64,000 nucleotides of DNA from a virus (IMGVR_UViG_3300035188_001035:1-64000), one strand, 5' to 3'. Positions 9,868-19,845 are shown, numbered from the stretch's first letter. Numbers and translations: made by a program. The notes: a model not told the origin generated them from the letters alone.

Positions 9868-10791
9868 ATGGCTCGACTATCACCAATTGATCTTTATAAT
9901 AACTATAGACAAGGCTTTCAAGGAGCCATTTGGAATCAACTAGAATTTGATCACTTAATGGAAATTTTAAAATATCCATACTTTGGTGATGCTAGTTCTA
10001 GAATTACAAATAGTGGTAAAGGTAAACTATCAACTCCATACAAAAGCGTCTTGAAGTTTGATAAAAAGCCTTATGAAGAACGACAAGTTACTGGCGATTG
10101 CGTAAGTCATGGTACAAGAAACGCATGTGATATTAGTAGAGCGGTAGAAATAGATATATTGGGCGAAAAAGAAAGCTGGGTAGCAAGAGGAGCAACCGAA
10201 GCCATTTATGGCGCTAGAGGTTGGAGTGGTCAAGGTATGACAGGTAGCAAGGCCGCTGAATTTGTTAATAAAATTGGTGGTGTCCTTGTTCGTAAAAATT
10301 ATAAGGGCGTTGTTGATCTTAGCAAATATGACGGAATGCTTGGTGCCGGATGGGGTGGTCGCGGTGTTCCGGATAAAGTATTAGATTTAGCTAATGATCA
10401 TCAAATTAGAACTACATCACTTATTAAAAGTGTTGAAGAAGCACGAGACGCATTAGCAAATGGCTATGGATTAGCAGTCTGTTCTAATTATGGTTTTAGT
10501 AATAAAAGAGATAGTAAAGGATTTGCTAGAACTAGTGGTAGTTGGGCTCATTGTATGGCTTGGATAGCGTGTGATGATACCAATGGGGATACATCGTTTT
10601 TGGTACAAAATAGCTGGGGTAAATGGAATGATGGTGATCATCCAGAGTGGGGTCCAATTCCAGACGGCTCATTCCTAATCCATAGTGACGTAGCAGAAGG
10701 CATGATTAAACAAAATGGAACTTATGCCTTTAGTAATTTTAATGGATTTCCTGTACAAAAATTACCAGATTATGGGTTCGATTACTTATAA
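9868..10791 (+). CDS. Papain-like cysteine peptidase (C1 family)
   Basis: Q..GDCVSHG (catalytic Cys), WAHCM (His) and QNSWG (Asn) in papain order. Confidence 0.85.
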   Translation: MARLSPIDLYNNYRQGFQGAIWNQLEFDHLMEILKYPYFGDASSRITNSGKGKLSTPYKSVLKFDKKPYEERQVTGDCVSHGTRNACDISRAVEIDILGEKESWVARGATEAIYGARGWSGQGMTGSKAAEFVNKIGGVLVRKNYKGVVDLSKYDGMLGAGWGGRGVPDKVLDLANDHQIRTTSLIKSVEEARDALANGYGLAVCSNYGFSNKRDSKGFARTSGSWAHCMAWIACDDTNGDTSFLVQNSWGKWNDGDHPEWGPIPDGSFLIHSDVAEGMIKQNGTYAFSNFNGFPVQKLPDYGFDYL

Positions 10792-10802
10792 GGTGTATAA
10801 TA

Positions 10803-10970
10803 ATGAGACTAATAGATAAAATTGCTTTGCAACGACTAATTAGTATGCTATTAACTTTTATCTTGGCGGTACTTAAATTAATAGTACCGCAAAAAACAGA
10901 AGCGGATGATAATATTGATAATCCTAAACCAAAAAGAAAAAGAATCTTTCCAAGAGTAAAAAATGAATAA
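10803..10970 (+). CDS. Small membrane protein, 55 aa (not in the ORF track)
   Basis: Translated by hand as MRLIDKIALQRLISMLLTFILAVLKLIVPQK...RVKNE*. Fills the gap and overlaps the next start. Confidence 0.6.
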   Translation: MRLIDKIALQRLISMLLTFILAVLKLIVPQKTEADDNIDNPKPKRKRIFPRVKNE

Positions 10971-11301
10971 ATTATTAGGGCTAGTATTAGTAGCAACTAT
11001 ATTATTTGGATCATCTCAATACAAAGGATCCACTACGGCATCTGTTGTTCTGGCTGGCGGCATTATTAAGTCTACACATATTGAAATGCCTGATACAAAA
11101 TACAAAAGGAAAAATTGTCCAGTATGTAAGGGTACGGGTAAATATTTGAGTGGTGACGGTATCAAAATGGTTGATTGTGGATATTGTGAGCCAGAAACAG
11201 GCACACAAACACTCACACAACCATCTAAGAGTGGTGTAACTAAAAGTGGTTCAACAACTATATCATGTGGACCTAATGGATGTAGGATAATCAAAAAATG
11301 A
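10963..11301 (+). CDS. Exported/membrane protein with a CxxCxGxG zinc-finger-like motif
   Basis: Signal-like N-terminus; CPVCKGTG...CGYC; C-terminal CGPNGC. Confidence 0.6.
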   Translation: MNKLLGLVLVATILFGSSQYKGSTTASVVLAGGIIKSTHIEMPDTKYKRKNCPVCKGTGKYLSGDGIKMVDCGYCEPETGTQTLTQPSKSGVTKSGSTTISCGPNGCRIIKK

Positions 11302-11693
11302 ATAATGATGAACAGTTAAAAGCAATAGCCGCAAAGGTTTTAAATAAAGCCGGAGTACCACAAGAAGAAAATTTTGGTAGCGTTATTGCTATTCTTATGA
11401 TGATTAGTATTATTCTAACAGTTATTAGAGTATTACAAGAATGTAATAAAAATAAATTATCTGGAAACTATACCTCTCAAGATAAATACAATCTTTACGG
11501 ATCAGAAATTAAAGAATATAGTGCTCGTCGTGGTCTGTTCACACAGATGAGAATTAAAAGAATATTAAGAAGAGAGTTACCAAAAGAACAATATGCTAAA
11601 TATGGTATTCAACTATTGAACGCTATTTTAGATACAGGAGCAGATCTCAAGGATGATGAAGTCATAACCTTAGTGGAGGCAGCAAATGTTTAA
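11298..11693 (+). CDS. Single-TM membrane protein
   Basis: Hydrophobic FGSVIAILMMISIILTVIRVL helix; coupled to neighbouring genes. Confidence 0.6.
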   Translation: MNNDEQLKAIAAKVLNKAGVPQEENFGSVIAILMMISIILTVIRVLQECNKNKLSGNYTSQDKYNLYGSEIKEYSARRGLFTQMRIKRILRRELPKEQYAKYGIQLLNAILDTGADLKDDEVITLVEAANV

Positions 11694-11940
11694 CATTTTA
11701 GTATGGTGCGTATATGGTTTATTTGTTGGTTCTATTGCTAAAAGTATAGTACCCGGAGAAGAAAATTTTGGTTTTGTTAAAACAGTAGCATTGGGTGTTG
11801 CTGGCTCTTATATGGGCGGAGCAATCCTGTATTTATTAGGAAACTACGATGCTGTATCTCCTGCCGGTGTTGTTATGGGTGTTGCTGGTGCAGTATTATC
11901 ATTGGTTCTGTATAACAAACTCACAACAAATAAATCTTGA
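11686..11940 (+). CDS. GlsB/YeaQ/YmgE (transglycosylase-associated) family membrane protein
   Basis: W...GL.VG.IAK.IVPG.....T..LGVAGS..GG pattern with three TM helices. Confidence 0.75.
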   Translation: MFNILVWCVYGLFVGSIAKSIVPGEENFGFVKTVALGVAGSYMGGAILYLLGNYDAVSPAGVVMGVAGAVLSLVLYNKLTTNKS

Positions 11941-11964
11941 CCAGACGCGTAGGTTTGCTATAAT
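11937..11964 (+). promoter_or_regulatory. Sigma70-type promoter with extended -10; likely leaderless transcript
   Basis: TTGACC, 16 nt spacer (ending TGC), TATAAT. The ATG at 11971 lies 7 nt after the -10 box with no RBS. Confidence 0.7.
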
Positions 11965-11970
11965 ACTTCC

Positions 11971-12438
11971 ATGAGACCATCGTGGACAGATTATTTTTTA
12001 GGTTTGGCTAAAGTTGTTTCTCAACGTAGTCACGATATGCAAACACAGCACGGCTGCGTTATCACAGATTCTAGGGATAGAATTCTAGGCGTAGGATATA
12101 ATGGCTTTCCTCGTGGACTTGATGATGATTTATTACCTAGAACACGGCCAGAAAAATATCCATGGATGATTCATGCCGAAAGAAATGCGCTATCTAACTG
12201 TGTTGTTAGACCAGATAATGGTATAGCGTATGTTACTGGTCAAAGTTGTAATGACTGTATTATGGCTTTATGGCAAGAAGGTATAAGAAAAGTAGTTATG
12301 TCAAATAATCATGGTACACATTTATTCAATGAAGAAGCCCAAAATATTTTTAGAAAATTTGTCTCAATGAGCGGAATAGAAATTATTTATATAGAACCAA
12401 ATCTTTCTTGGCTGAAAGAACTCGGTGGTGTATTATGA
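11971..12438 (+). CDS. dCMP deaminase
   Basis: RPSW..YF, GYNG.PRG, HAERNA and CxxC zinc ligands. Confidence 0.9.
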   Translation: MRPSWTDYFLGLAKVVSQRSHDMQTQHGCVITDSRDRILGVGYNGFPRGLDDDLLPRTRPEKYPWMIHAERNALSNCVVRPDNGIAYVTGQSCNDCIMALWQEGIRKVVMSNNHGTHLFNEEAQNIFRKFVSMSGIEIIYIEPNLSWLKELGGVL

Positions 12439-12572
12439 ATACAACAGTATTATTCTATATTAGTATTTTTATTTTTTTATATCATAAGTTTACCGGTAAT
12501 ACAGAAATGTGTTTAACTTCTTTTCAACTCACAGTATTACTGGGCATTTCAGCAATTTTATATAGGAGATAA
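12435..12572 (+). CDS. Small hydrophobic protein, 45 aa (not in the ORF track)
   Basis: Translated by hand as MNTTVLFYISIFIFLYHKFTGNTEMCLTSFQLTVLLGISAILYRR*. ATGA-coupled and fills the gap before nrdJ. Confidence 0.5.
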   Translation: MNTTVLFYISIFIFLYHKFTGNTEMCLTSFQLTVLLGISAILYRR

Positions 12573-12573
12573 T

Positions 12574-14766
12574 ATGTCGGCGCTCCAAGAACTGCAAAAT
12601 TATACATTCGTTAGTAAATACGCTCGTTGGATTGAGGATAAGAATCGCCGTGAAACATGGAAAGAAGCGGTTGATAGAGTCCGTGACATGATGCACACGA
12701 AGTATGATGAGTTTGGAATCAAAGACGATATTGATTGGGCTTATGATATAATGTATAAGAAAAAGGTTCTTGGTTCTCAAAGAGCACTCCAATTTGGTGG
12801 CGATCCTATTCTTAAAAGACACGCAAAAATCTATAACTGTACCAGTTCTTACTGTGATAGATTACGTTTTTTCCAAGAATGTTTCTGGTTATTATTGTGC
12901 GGAAGTGGAACCGGATTTAGTGTACAAAAACACCATGTTTCTAAATTACCAACACTAGAGCACGCCCCCGTAGAAGATGTTGGAACTAAATATGTTATTG
13001 ACGATAGCATAGAAGGTTGGGCCGATGCTTTAGGTGTTTTACTTAGTTCTTATTTTAGTAAACCAGTAGAAGAATTCAAACAATATAAAAATTGTCATAT
13101 AGTTTTTGATTATACTAATATTAGACCAAAAGGATCGTCTTTGGCATCCGGCGTGGGTAAAGCACCCGGTTATGAGCCATTAGCAAATGGCCTTGAAAAA
13201 ATCAGATCTTTATTAGATCGTTGTATAGCAAATGGACAAAAAAAATTACGTCCTATCGACGCTTATGATATAGTGATGCATAGTAGCGATGCTGTTTTAA
13301 GTGGAGGAGTAAGGCGTTCGGCTAGTTTAGCGCTATTTAGTCCCGATGACGAAGAAATGGCAAAAGCTAAAACCGGTAATTGGTTTATTGACAATCCACA
13401 GAGAGCAAGAAGTAACAATTCCGCACTCCTACTAAAGAATGAAACTACTTTTGAGGAATTTGATACTCTTATGCAATCTGTGAAAGAATTCGGAGAACCA
13501 GGATTTATTTGGAGCGAGTCTACAGAAATGATTTTTAATCCATGTGTAGAAATTGGTATGTGGCCTGTCGATGAAGAAAATGGTAAGAGCGGATGGCAGG
13601 GTTGCAATCTTTCTACCATTAATTGTTCTAGTGTAACCGACGAGGAGGATTTTTATGAAAGGTGCAAAGCAGCTTCCATTATTGGTACTCTTCAAGCTGG
13701 TTTTACTAAATTGGATTATTTGGGAGAAACTAGTGAAAGGATTTTTGACAGGGAAGCCCTATTAGGCGTGTCATTAACTGGCACAATGGAAAAGCACGAT
13801 CTGGTCTTGACAGAAAAGGTTTTGACCAAAGGCGCTAAAATAGCGGTCGAAACAAATAAAGAATTAGCAAAAAAGATAGGTATTAATCAAGCGGCTAGAG
13901 TCACATGCTTAAAACCAGAAGGTACCAGCAGTAGTATGTTGGGTACTAGTTCTGGTATACATCCACATCACGCCAAACGATATATACGTCATGTACAGGC
14001 GAACATTTTAGAAGCACCATACCAACACTTCAAAAAATTAAACCCGCAAGCCTGCGAAAAATCATCTTGGTCGGCCAATAATACTGATGAAGTTATTAAA
14101 TTTCCTATAGAAGTACCTGATGGTGCAAAATTAAAGAATCAATTACCAGCCGTTGAAATGTTATCAATAGTAAAAGATACTCAAAAGCATTGGGTACAAT
14201 CAGGAAAAAATAAAGGCTTATGTACTCAAGAATATTTGAGCCATAATGTTAGTAATACTGTTACGGTTAAGCCTGACGAATGGGAAGACGTAACCAAATT
14301 TATTTATGATAATCGTAAATATTTTGCCGGTATTAGTTTGATTCCTCAGAGTGGCGATAAAGACTATCCACAAGCACCATTTACCACAGTTTATACTAGT
14401 CGTGAAATTGTTAAAGAGTATGGTGATGCTGCATTGTGGTGTTCTGGTCTAATCGAGTTATCTCTTAACGCATTCGATAACAATCTTTGGGCCGCTTGCG
14501 ATTACGTTAGTATGAATCAAGCAAAGACAGACGATGCTCAAGATAAGTTATTATTTGTTACGAAAATGAAAAACTTTGCTGGTAAATATTTTGATGGTGA
14601 TATCAAACGTTTAACATATTGCATGAAAGACGTTTATAATTGGAAAATCTATTGTGATCTATATAATAGTTTCAAAAAGGTTGATTATACGCAACTATCT
14701 GAAACAGAGGACAATACCGTGGGAATAGAGGAAATTAGTTGCGCTGGCGGTGCATGTCTAATTTAA
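12574..14766 (+). CDS. nrdJ: Class II (adenosylcobalamin-dependent, RTPR-type) ribonucleotide reductase
   Basis: YNC, GGVRRSA, NPCVEI, CNLS, KPEGT and the C-terminal CAGGAC redox pair. No nrdB nearby. Confidence 0.85.
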   Translation: MSALQELQNYTFVSKYARWIEDKNRRETWKEAVDRVRDMMHTKYDEFGIKDDIDWAYDIMYKKKVLGSQRALQFGGDPILKRHAKIYNCTSSYCDRLRFFQECFWLLLCGSGTGFSVQKHHVSKLPTLEHAPVEDVGTKYVIDDSIEGWADALGVLLSSYFSKPVEEFKQYKNCHIVFDYTNIRPKGSSLASGVGKAPGYEPLANGLEKIRSLLDRCIANGQKKLRPIDAYDIVMHSSDAVLSGGVRRSASLALFSPDDEEMAKAKTGNWFIDNPQRARSNNSALLLKNETTFEEFDTLMQSVKEFGEPGFIWSESTEMIFNPCVEIGMWPVDEENGKSGWQGCNLSTINCSSVTDEEDFYERCKAASIIGTLQAGFTKLDYLGETSERIFDREALLGVSLTGTMEKHDLVLTEKVLTKGAKIAVETNKELAKKIGINQAARVTCLKPEGTSSSMLGTSSGIHPHHAKRYIRHVQANILEAPYQHFKKLNPQACEKSSWSANNTDEVIKFPIEVPDGAKLKNQLPAVEMLSIVKDTQKHWVQSGKNKGLCTQEYLSHNVSNTVTVKPDEWEDVTKFIYDNRKYFAGISLIPQSGDKDYPQAPFTTVYTSREIVKEYGDAALWCSGLIELSLNAFDNNLWAACDYVSMNQAKTDDAQDKLLFVTKMKNFAGKYFDGDIKRLTYCMKDVYNWKIYCDLYNSFKKVDYTQLSETEDNTVGIEEISCAGGACLI

Positions 14767-14790
14767 TCCACTATTCGCAAAGGGTAAACA

Positions 14791-15510
14791 TTGAGAAAAA
14801 ATAATAAAAAGAAAAAAGCTGTTGATCTCACTAATGATATTGAACAATCTGGTCCTATCTATAGAAATAGATTAAAACCCAGGAGCGAAAATCAAAAAGA
14901 ATATATAAGAACTGTTGCTGAAAATACTATAACTTTTTGTCAAGGGTTAGCCGGATCAGGTAAAACCCACATAGCAATTGGTATGGCACTAGAGTATTTA
15001 TTAGACCAAAAGGTTAATAGAATTGTTATCACAAGGCCAGTTATAGAGGCTGGTGAAAAAATAGGATATCTACCAGGAACGGCGGAAGAAAAATTACATC
15101 CTTATTTATTGCCTATTATTGATGAAATTAATCATTTTATTAGTATGGCCCAGTATGCTTCATTAAAACTAAATAATAAGATAGAAGTAGTACCTTTAGG
15201 TTTAATGAGAGGTCGTAATTTTCACAACTGTTTCATTGTTGCTGACGAGTGCCAAAACGCATCATACGAACAATTAAAAATGTTATTGACAAGAGTTGGT
15301 CACGAGAGTAAATTAATACTAACTGGCGATATTGGACAATCCGATCTTAGTAGACACTTACAGGGTGGATTTATTCATATGATCAATGCTCTAGATGGAA
15401 TAGAAGGTATCGGGAATTGTAAATTAGAATCATCAGACATAGTGAGAAATCCAATAATAGCAAAAATTTTAGCAAGATTAGATAATTTTGAAAATGGAAC
15501 AAAAACATAA
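14791..15510 (+). CDS. phoH: PhoH family ATPase
   Basis: GLAGSGKT, TRPVIEAGE.IGYLPG, MRGRNF, DECQN, GD..QSDL, DIVRN. Confidence 0.92.
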   Translation: MRKNNKKKKAVDLTNDIEQSGPIYRNRLKPRSENQKEYIRTVAENTITFCQGLAGSGKTHIAIGMALEYLLDQKVNRIVITRPVIEAGEKIGYLPGTAEEKLHPYLLPIIDEINHFISMAQYASLKLNNKIEVVPLGLMRGRNFHNCFIVADECQNASYEQLKMLLTRVGHESKLILTGDIGQSDLSRHLQGGFIHMINALDGIEGIGNCKLESSDIVRNPIIAKILARLDNFENGTKT

Positions 15511-16069
15511 ACAATGTCTATTATTGAATGCTGATTATAGTCCATTAAGTATAATATCCTGGCAAAAGGCTATTATATGGTCTATAAGATTTGAAAATAA
15601 TCCTAGATACGGTATTGAAATAATAGATTTCTATAAAAACGATCACATCAATGGAGTAGATAAAAAATATCCTATTCCAGCAGTAACCAAAACGCAAAGA
15701 TTTTTTAGAATCAATAATCAGGATGTTATATTCTCTCGTAAAAATATTTTTATCAGAGATAATTATACTTGTCAATATTGCCATAAACAATATGAAATGA
15801 GTAGTCTAACATATGATCATGTTATACCAAAATCTAAATGGACAGGACCATCATCACCAACTAGTTGGACAAATATAGTCACGGCGTGTACATACTGTAA
15901 TCGTAAAAAGGGTAATAAAACACCCAAACAAGCTAATATGCCCTTGATTAAATTACCAATAAAACCAAATAAAAATATGAAATTCTTGCCTATTGCCGAA
16001 CATCTTCTTAAGATAAAAGATGATCTACCAGAAGAATGGAAGACATATCTGCCGGAATCTTATCTATAA
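15494..16069 (+). CDS. HNH endonuclease
   Basis: LLLNADYSPL, RDNYTCQYC, T.DHVIPKS, W.N.VTAC..CN..K. The ATG at 15494 is preferred as start. Confidence 0.88.
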   Translation: MEQKHKQCLLLNADYSPLSIISWQKAIIWSIRFENNPRYGIEIIDFYKNDHINGVDKKYPIPAVTKTQRFFRINNQDVIFSRKNIFIRDNYTCQYCHKQYEMSSLTYDHVIPKSKWTGPSSPTSWTNIVTACTYCNRKKGNKTPKQANMPLIKLPIKPNKNMKFLPIAEHLLKIKDDLPEEWKTYLPESYL

Positions 16070-16446
16070 TGCCAACATACTCATATCAGTGCGAAAAATG
16101 TCAAAATAGATTTGAATTATTTTTTTATATCAAAGACTATATAGATCATCCCAAATGTGAAAAATGCCACAGTAAACAAACCCACAGAAGATATGTTGAT
16201 GATGTGATAACACAAAGCACAAGTGTTCGTAAGTCTGATACAGAATTAAAAACATTAGGCGATTTAGCTAAACGTAATAGTGACAGAATGAGCGAGGATG
16301 AAAAAACTCATTTATATCATAAACATAACGAATATAAATTTGATGAAAGTACTAAGACATTACCAACAGGCATGAGCAGAATCAAAAAACCAGAAAAAAT
16401 CAAATGGCCAGGATCCAAAGGCAAAACTAAACGAGGTAAAAAATGA
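16069..16446 (+). CDS. FmdB-family zinc ribbon protein
   Basis: MPTYSYQCEKC...F....CEKC. The start at 16069 overlaps the previous stop (TAATG). Confidence 0.75.
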   Translation: MPTYSYQCEKCQNRFELFFYIKDYIDHPKCEKCHSKQTHRRYVDDVITQSTSVRKSDTELKTLGDLAKRNSDRMSEDEKTHLYHKHNEYKFDESTKTLPTGMSRIKKPEKIKWPGSKGKTKRGKK

Positions 16447-16829
16447 ATCATTATTCTAATATATTCCAAATCAATCCTTCCAAAATAGATCCAGTTTCGG
16501 ATAGGAATTATTATACTGTTTTAGGAAAACACGATTTCTTGGATGAAAACAACAATCCGCGAACCAAAAATGAAAAAAATGCTTACGCTTATTCCAAAAT
16601 CAACAACGATAGCGATACTCAATATTTTGTAAAGGTTGGATTATATGGTAAGATATTTAATCCAATAGGACTATATTCAGAAGGCAAAGCTAATAAATTC
16701 TTATCAAAAGTAGGTAAAAATGAATTCAGTTTCACCAGAGTTAATCAAAAGGTTTTTGATATGTATGTAAATTTTTTAAGAACAAAAAATGTCGCATGGT
16801 TAAATAATGCAGAAAGGGAACTAACATGA
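16443..16829 (+). CDS. Hypothetical protein
   Basis: ATGA-coupled ORF in the operon. Confidence 0.65.
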   Translation: MNHYSNIFQINPSKIDPVSDRNYYTVLGKHDFLDENNNPRTKNEKNAYAYSKINNDSDTQYFVKVGLYGKIFNPIGLYSEGKANKFLSKVGKNEFSFTRVNQKVFDMYVNFLRTKNVAWLNNAERELT

Positions 16830-17152
16830 ACAAAGAAACAAAGTACGCAATATTGTACCTAAATAGTATAGGGAAATCTGATGAACAAATATCCAAAGAA
16901 CTCAAAGTAGATATTTCAGATATCAAAAAAGCAACCAAACAATCTAGCAATAATACTAAAATAAAAACAACTTCTTCGAAGGTTAATAGTAAAGATCTTA
17001 TGATTACACAAACCAACAATAAGAAGATCAATTCTGTGGCTATTATGACAAAAGCAGCATCAGAAGTAAATGACGATTTCAAGAAAAAAATCAAATCCAC
17101 AGTATCTCGTAGTGGCAAAGTATCTATTTTTCGACCAGATAAAAATAAATGA
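16826..17152 (+). CDS. Hypothetical basic protein with an N-terminal HTH-like segment
   Basis: GKSDEQISKELKVDISDI resembles an HTH; coupled ORF. Confidence 0.55.
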   Translation: MNKETKYAILYLNSIGKSDEQISKELKVDISDIKKATKQSSNNTKIKTTSSKVNSKDLMITQTNNKKINSVAIMTKAASEVNDDFKKKIKSTVSRSGKVSIFRPDKNK

Positions 17153-17556
17153 AATATATCTCCAAATATTCCAATGATAAATTTGTAACAGCACAGCAAT
17201 ATATTACTGAGCTGATTTGCGAACACAAGGCATTAAAGGAAAAAAAGGATTTGCATTTTAGATTTTGGACAAACAAGGAGTGGTCTTTATTTTATAGAAA
17301 TCAGATAGCCACAGCTAATAAATTAATTGAAAAATATTCTAGCCAAGCCATTATAGAAGCCATCAAAGACGATAGAGCCAAGAAAATTTTTTCATTGCGA
17401 GCACCGCACTTGATTCCTATCATAGAAGAACACGAGGCTATCATACAAGCACAAAATAATAAATTGTCTATGGAATTTGATAGAAATACTCAAAAGACAT
17501 ACCACAAATCATCTAAACAAAAAAATACTCTGTCAAGATTAAAGGAATTAGAATGA
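17149..17556 (+). CDS. Hypothetical protein
   Basis: Coupled ORF immediately before the recA-like gene. Confidence 0.65.
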   Translation: MKYISKYSNDKFVTAQQYITELICEHKALKEKKDLHFRFWTNKEWSLFYRNQIATANKLIEKYSSQAIIEAIKDDRAKKIFSLRAPHLIPIIEEHEAIIQAQNNKLSMEFDRNTQKTYHKSSKQKNTLSRLKELE

Positions 17557-18572
17557 GCTTAAAAGAGGATGTAAAAAAGAACTTCGGAGATAATATTCTA
17601 ATTACAGCAAGTTCTGTCATGGACAAAAAACTGCTCACAATACCAGTTAGTCCATCGTTAGATATTGTATTAAATGGTGGTATTCCAGAGGGTAGTTTTG
17701 TTATTTTAACAGGACAACCCAAGTGCGGAAAAACAACAACATCCCTAGATTTCTGTGCTACTGCACAAAAACCAGAATACGCATATGGATCTTTTAAAGA
17801 TGGCCGAGAAGTGTATTACCTGAACATTGAAGGTAGATTGAAAAAAAGAGACTTAGAAGGAATACCAGGATTAAATCTTGATAAATTTCATATTGTAGGA
17901 TCTCAAGAAGGTAAAATTTTACACGCAGAAGAATATCTACAAATAGGCGAACGCATTATTAATGAATTACCAGGATCAATAGTTATTATTGATTCATATT
18001 CAGCATTATGCACCGAGGCCGAGATCACTAGCGATATGAATAAAATGCAAAGAGCAGACGGAGCAAAATTATTAGCTAAGTTTTGTCGTAAAGTAGCTAA
18101 TGTTATTCCTGTTAACAAAAATATAGTTATTGGTATTACTCATCTAATGGGTAATCCCGGATATGGAAATGCTGAATGGAAAGAGAAGAGCGGTCAGGCC
18201 ATTGCATATCAAACTGATATAAAGCTTAAAGCCAAGTTTTTTAAGAAGTGGAATCTATCCGATGATAGTCCACAAATCGGACAAGAAGTAGAATGGGAAG
18301 TACTATGTTCGGCATTAGGACCACCGGGCGGCTCAATTACTAGTTATATAAGATACGGAACAGGTATTGATAAACACATGGAGCTTTTAAATTTAGCCGT
18401 GGATCTTGGCTTAATCAATAAGGGTGGTGCTTGGTATACAATTACTACTGTTGAAGATAAGCCAAAATTTCAAGGTTTAGAAAAAGCCAGACAGTATCTT
18501 GTTGATAATCCGAAAACATATAATGATCTTTTGGAAAAAGTCTATGAAACAATGGGTATCAAATGCAAGTAA
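17553..18572 (+). CDS. RecA/UvsX-like recombinase
   Basis: SLDIVLNGGIPEG, Walker A GQPKCGKTT, Walker B IIDS, and a G.I.KGGAWY C-terminal motif. Confidence 0.85.
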   Translation: MSLKEDVKKNFGDNILITASSVMDKKLLTIPVSPSLDIVLNGGIPEGSFVILTGQPKCGKTTTSLDFCATAQKPEYAYGSFKDGREVYYLNIEGRLKKRDLEGIPGLNLDKFHIVGSQEGKILHAEEYLQIGERIINELPGSIVIIDSYSALCTEAEITSDMNKMQRADGAKLLAKFCRKVANVIPVNKNIVIGITHLMGNPGYGNAEWKEKSGQAIAYQTDIKLKAKFFKKWNLSDDSPQIGQEVEWEVLCSALGPPGGSITSYIRYGTGIDKHMELLNLAVDLGLINKGGAWYTITTVEDKPKFQGLEKARQYLVDNPKTYNDLLEKVYETMGIKCK

Positions 18573-18970
18573 AAGATTTGGACAATAATTTTTGTCATTG
18601 GCAATTAATTGGTGGAATATCTCATGGGTCGCTCAAGAACAAATCAAGCCTACATCTAAAAGCCAGAGAGTTAATTCATGAATGTTTTCCAACACTTCAG
18701 GTTCTAGAAGAAGTACCAGTTCAAGTTAGGAGATCAGAAACTCTGTATTTGGATTTTTACTTGCCATTGAACAAGAAATGTATAGAAGTACATGGAGAAC
18801 AACATTATACATTTAGCAGATTTTATCATCACAACTTGTTAGGATTCATGAGGCACAAAAAAAGAGATCAAGAAAAAGCTGAATGGTGCAGTATCAATGG
18901 GATTGAATATATAGAATTACCGTTTAATGAAGATATAGACAAATGGAAAAGCAGAATAAAAAATGAATAA
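18563..18970 (+). CDS. Vsr/DUF559-like restriction-fold endonuclease
   Basis: LEEV, LDFYLP, IEVHGEQHY, RD..K..WC..NGI.YIE. Confidence 0.7.
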   Translation: MQVKDLDNNFCHWQLIGGISHGSLKNKSSLHLKARELIHECFPTLQVLEEVPVQVRRSETLYLDFYLPLNKKCIEVHGEQHYTFSRFYHHNLLGFMRHKKRDQEKAEWCSINGIEYIELPFNEDIDKWKSRIKNE

Positions 18971-19469
18971 TACTACCACCAACAAAAGTTCAACTGAACA
19001 AGTTAGTTATTGGGACAATATTTTAGATGAGTACGAGAAAAATCTCGGACTACCTAATTATATTAGTGAGGTTATTAGCGAACAAGAGATCAATCAATAT
19101 TTAACCATGGATAGAGATCGCATAGAAAAATTAACGCCAGAAGATTGTTCTCAAATAGCATACAGGTTGGCCCAATTTGCTTTTCATATACAAAGATCAC
19201 TAAATAGAGAACTCGCAAGATTAAACTGGGCGGAAGATACGATTAAAGAAACTATTGCTGATGATATAAATAATTATAAGGGATATGGCTATATAGAAAA
19301 GTCAGCACAAGCCATCAAACACAACGATAAAGCTAGTGCATTAAACAAAATTAAGAAATATGCCAAACAAAGATCAGATAGACTCAGTTATATCGCCTCC
19401 TCTGTAAAAAATCTATCAGATATATTGATTTCTATTCAAAAAACAAAGGTGAAACATCATGGAACTTAA
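18963..19469 (+). CDS. Coiled-coil hypothetical protein (possibly a recombination mediator)
   Basis: Helical coiled-coil sequence between the recombinase and helicase genes; function suggested by position only. Confidence 0.5.
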   Translation: MNNTTTNKSSTEQVSYWDNILDEYEKNLGLPNYISEVISEQEINQYLTMDRDRIEKLTPEDCSQIAYRLAQFAFHIQRSLNRELARLNWAEDTIKETIADDINNYKGYGYIEKSAQAIKHNDKASALNKIKKYAKQRSDRLSYIASSVKNLSDILISIQKTKVKHHGT

Positions 19470-19845
19470 TTTTAGTGATCCAGAGCAAATTAAGCAATTA
19501 ATTAGTGCATTACAAAATTTATTACCGAAAGAAAATACTCCAAAGGCAGAAGAGAGAACAGAAGAAATTCTTCCAGATCATAATATAAAAACAAAAACAA
19601 GAAAACTAAAATCAGAACATTATAATAAATTTGATAATATGCCAGAAGCCGGTATGCATAAAAGTGATTCTTTAATAGATAAAAAGTTGTCTGTTCATCC
19701 TCCAAGCCCAAGAACAAGACAATTTGAGGCTGTAGATGTAAAGTGTAGATCTTGTGGGAAAAGCGAAAAAATCAATCCTGTTCTTCTGCCGGATTCCAAC
19801 GATAGATATAAATGCAACAAGTGTTCTACGATGGCTGGTGAGTAA
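19459..19845 (+). CDS. Zinc-ribbon hypothetical protein
   Basis: C-terminal CRSC...CNKC. Confidence 0.6.
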   Translation: MELNFSDPEQIKQLISALQNLLPKENTPKAEERTEEILPDHNIKTKTRKLKSEHYNKFDNMPEAGMHKSDSLIDKKLSVHPPSPRTRQFEAVDVKCRSCGKSEKINPVLLPDSNDRYKCNKCSTMAGE

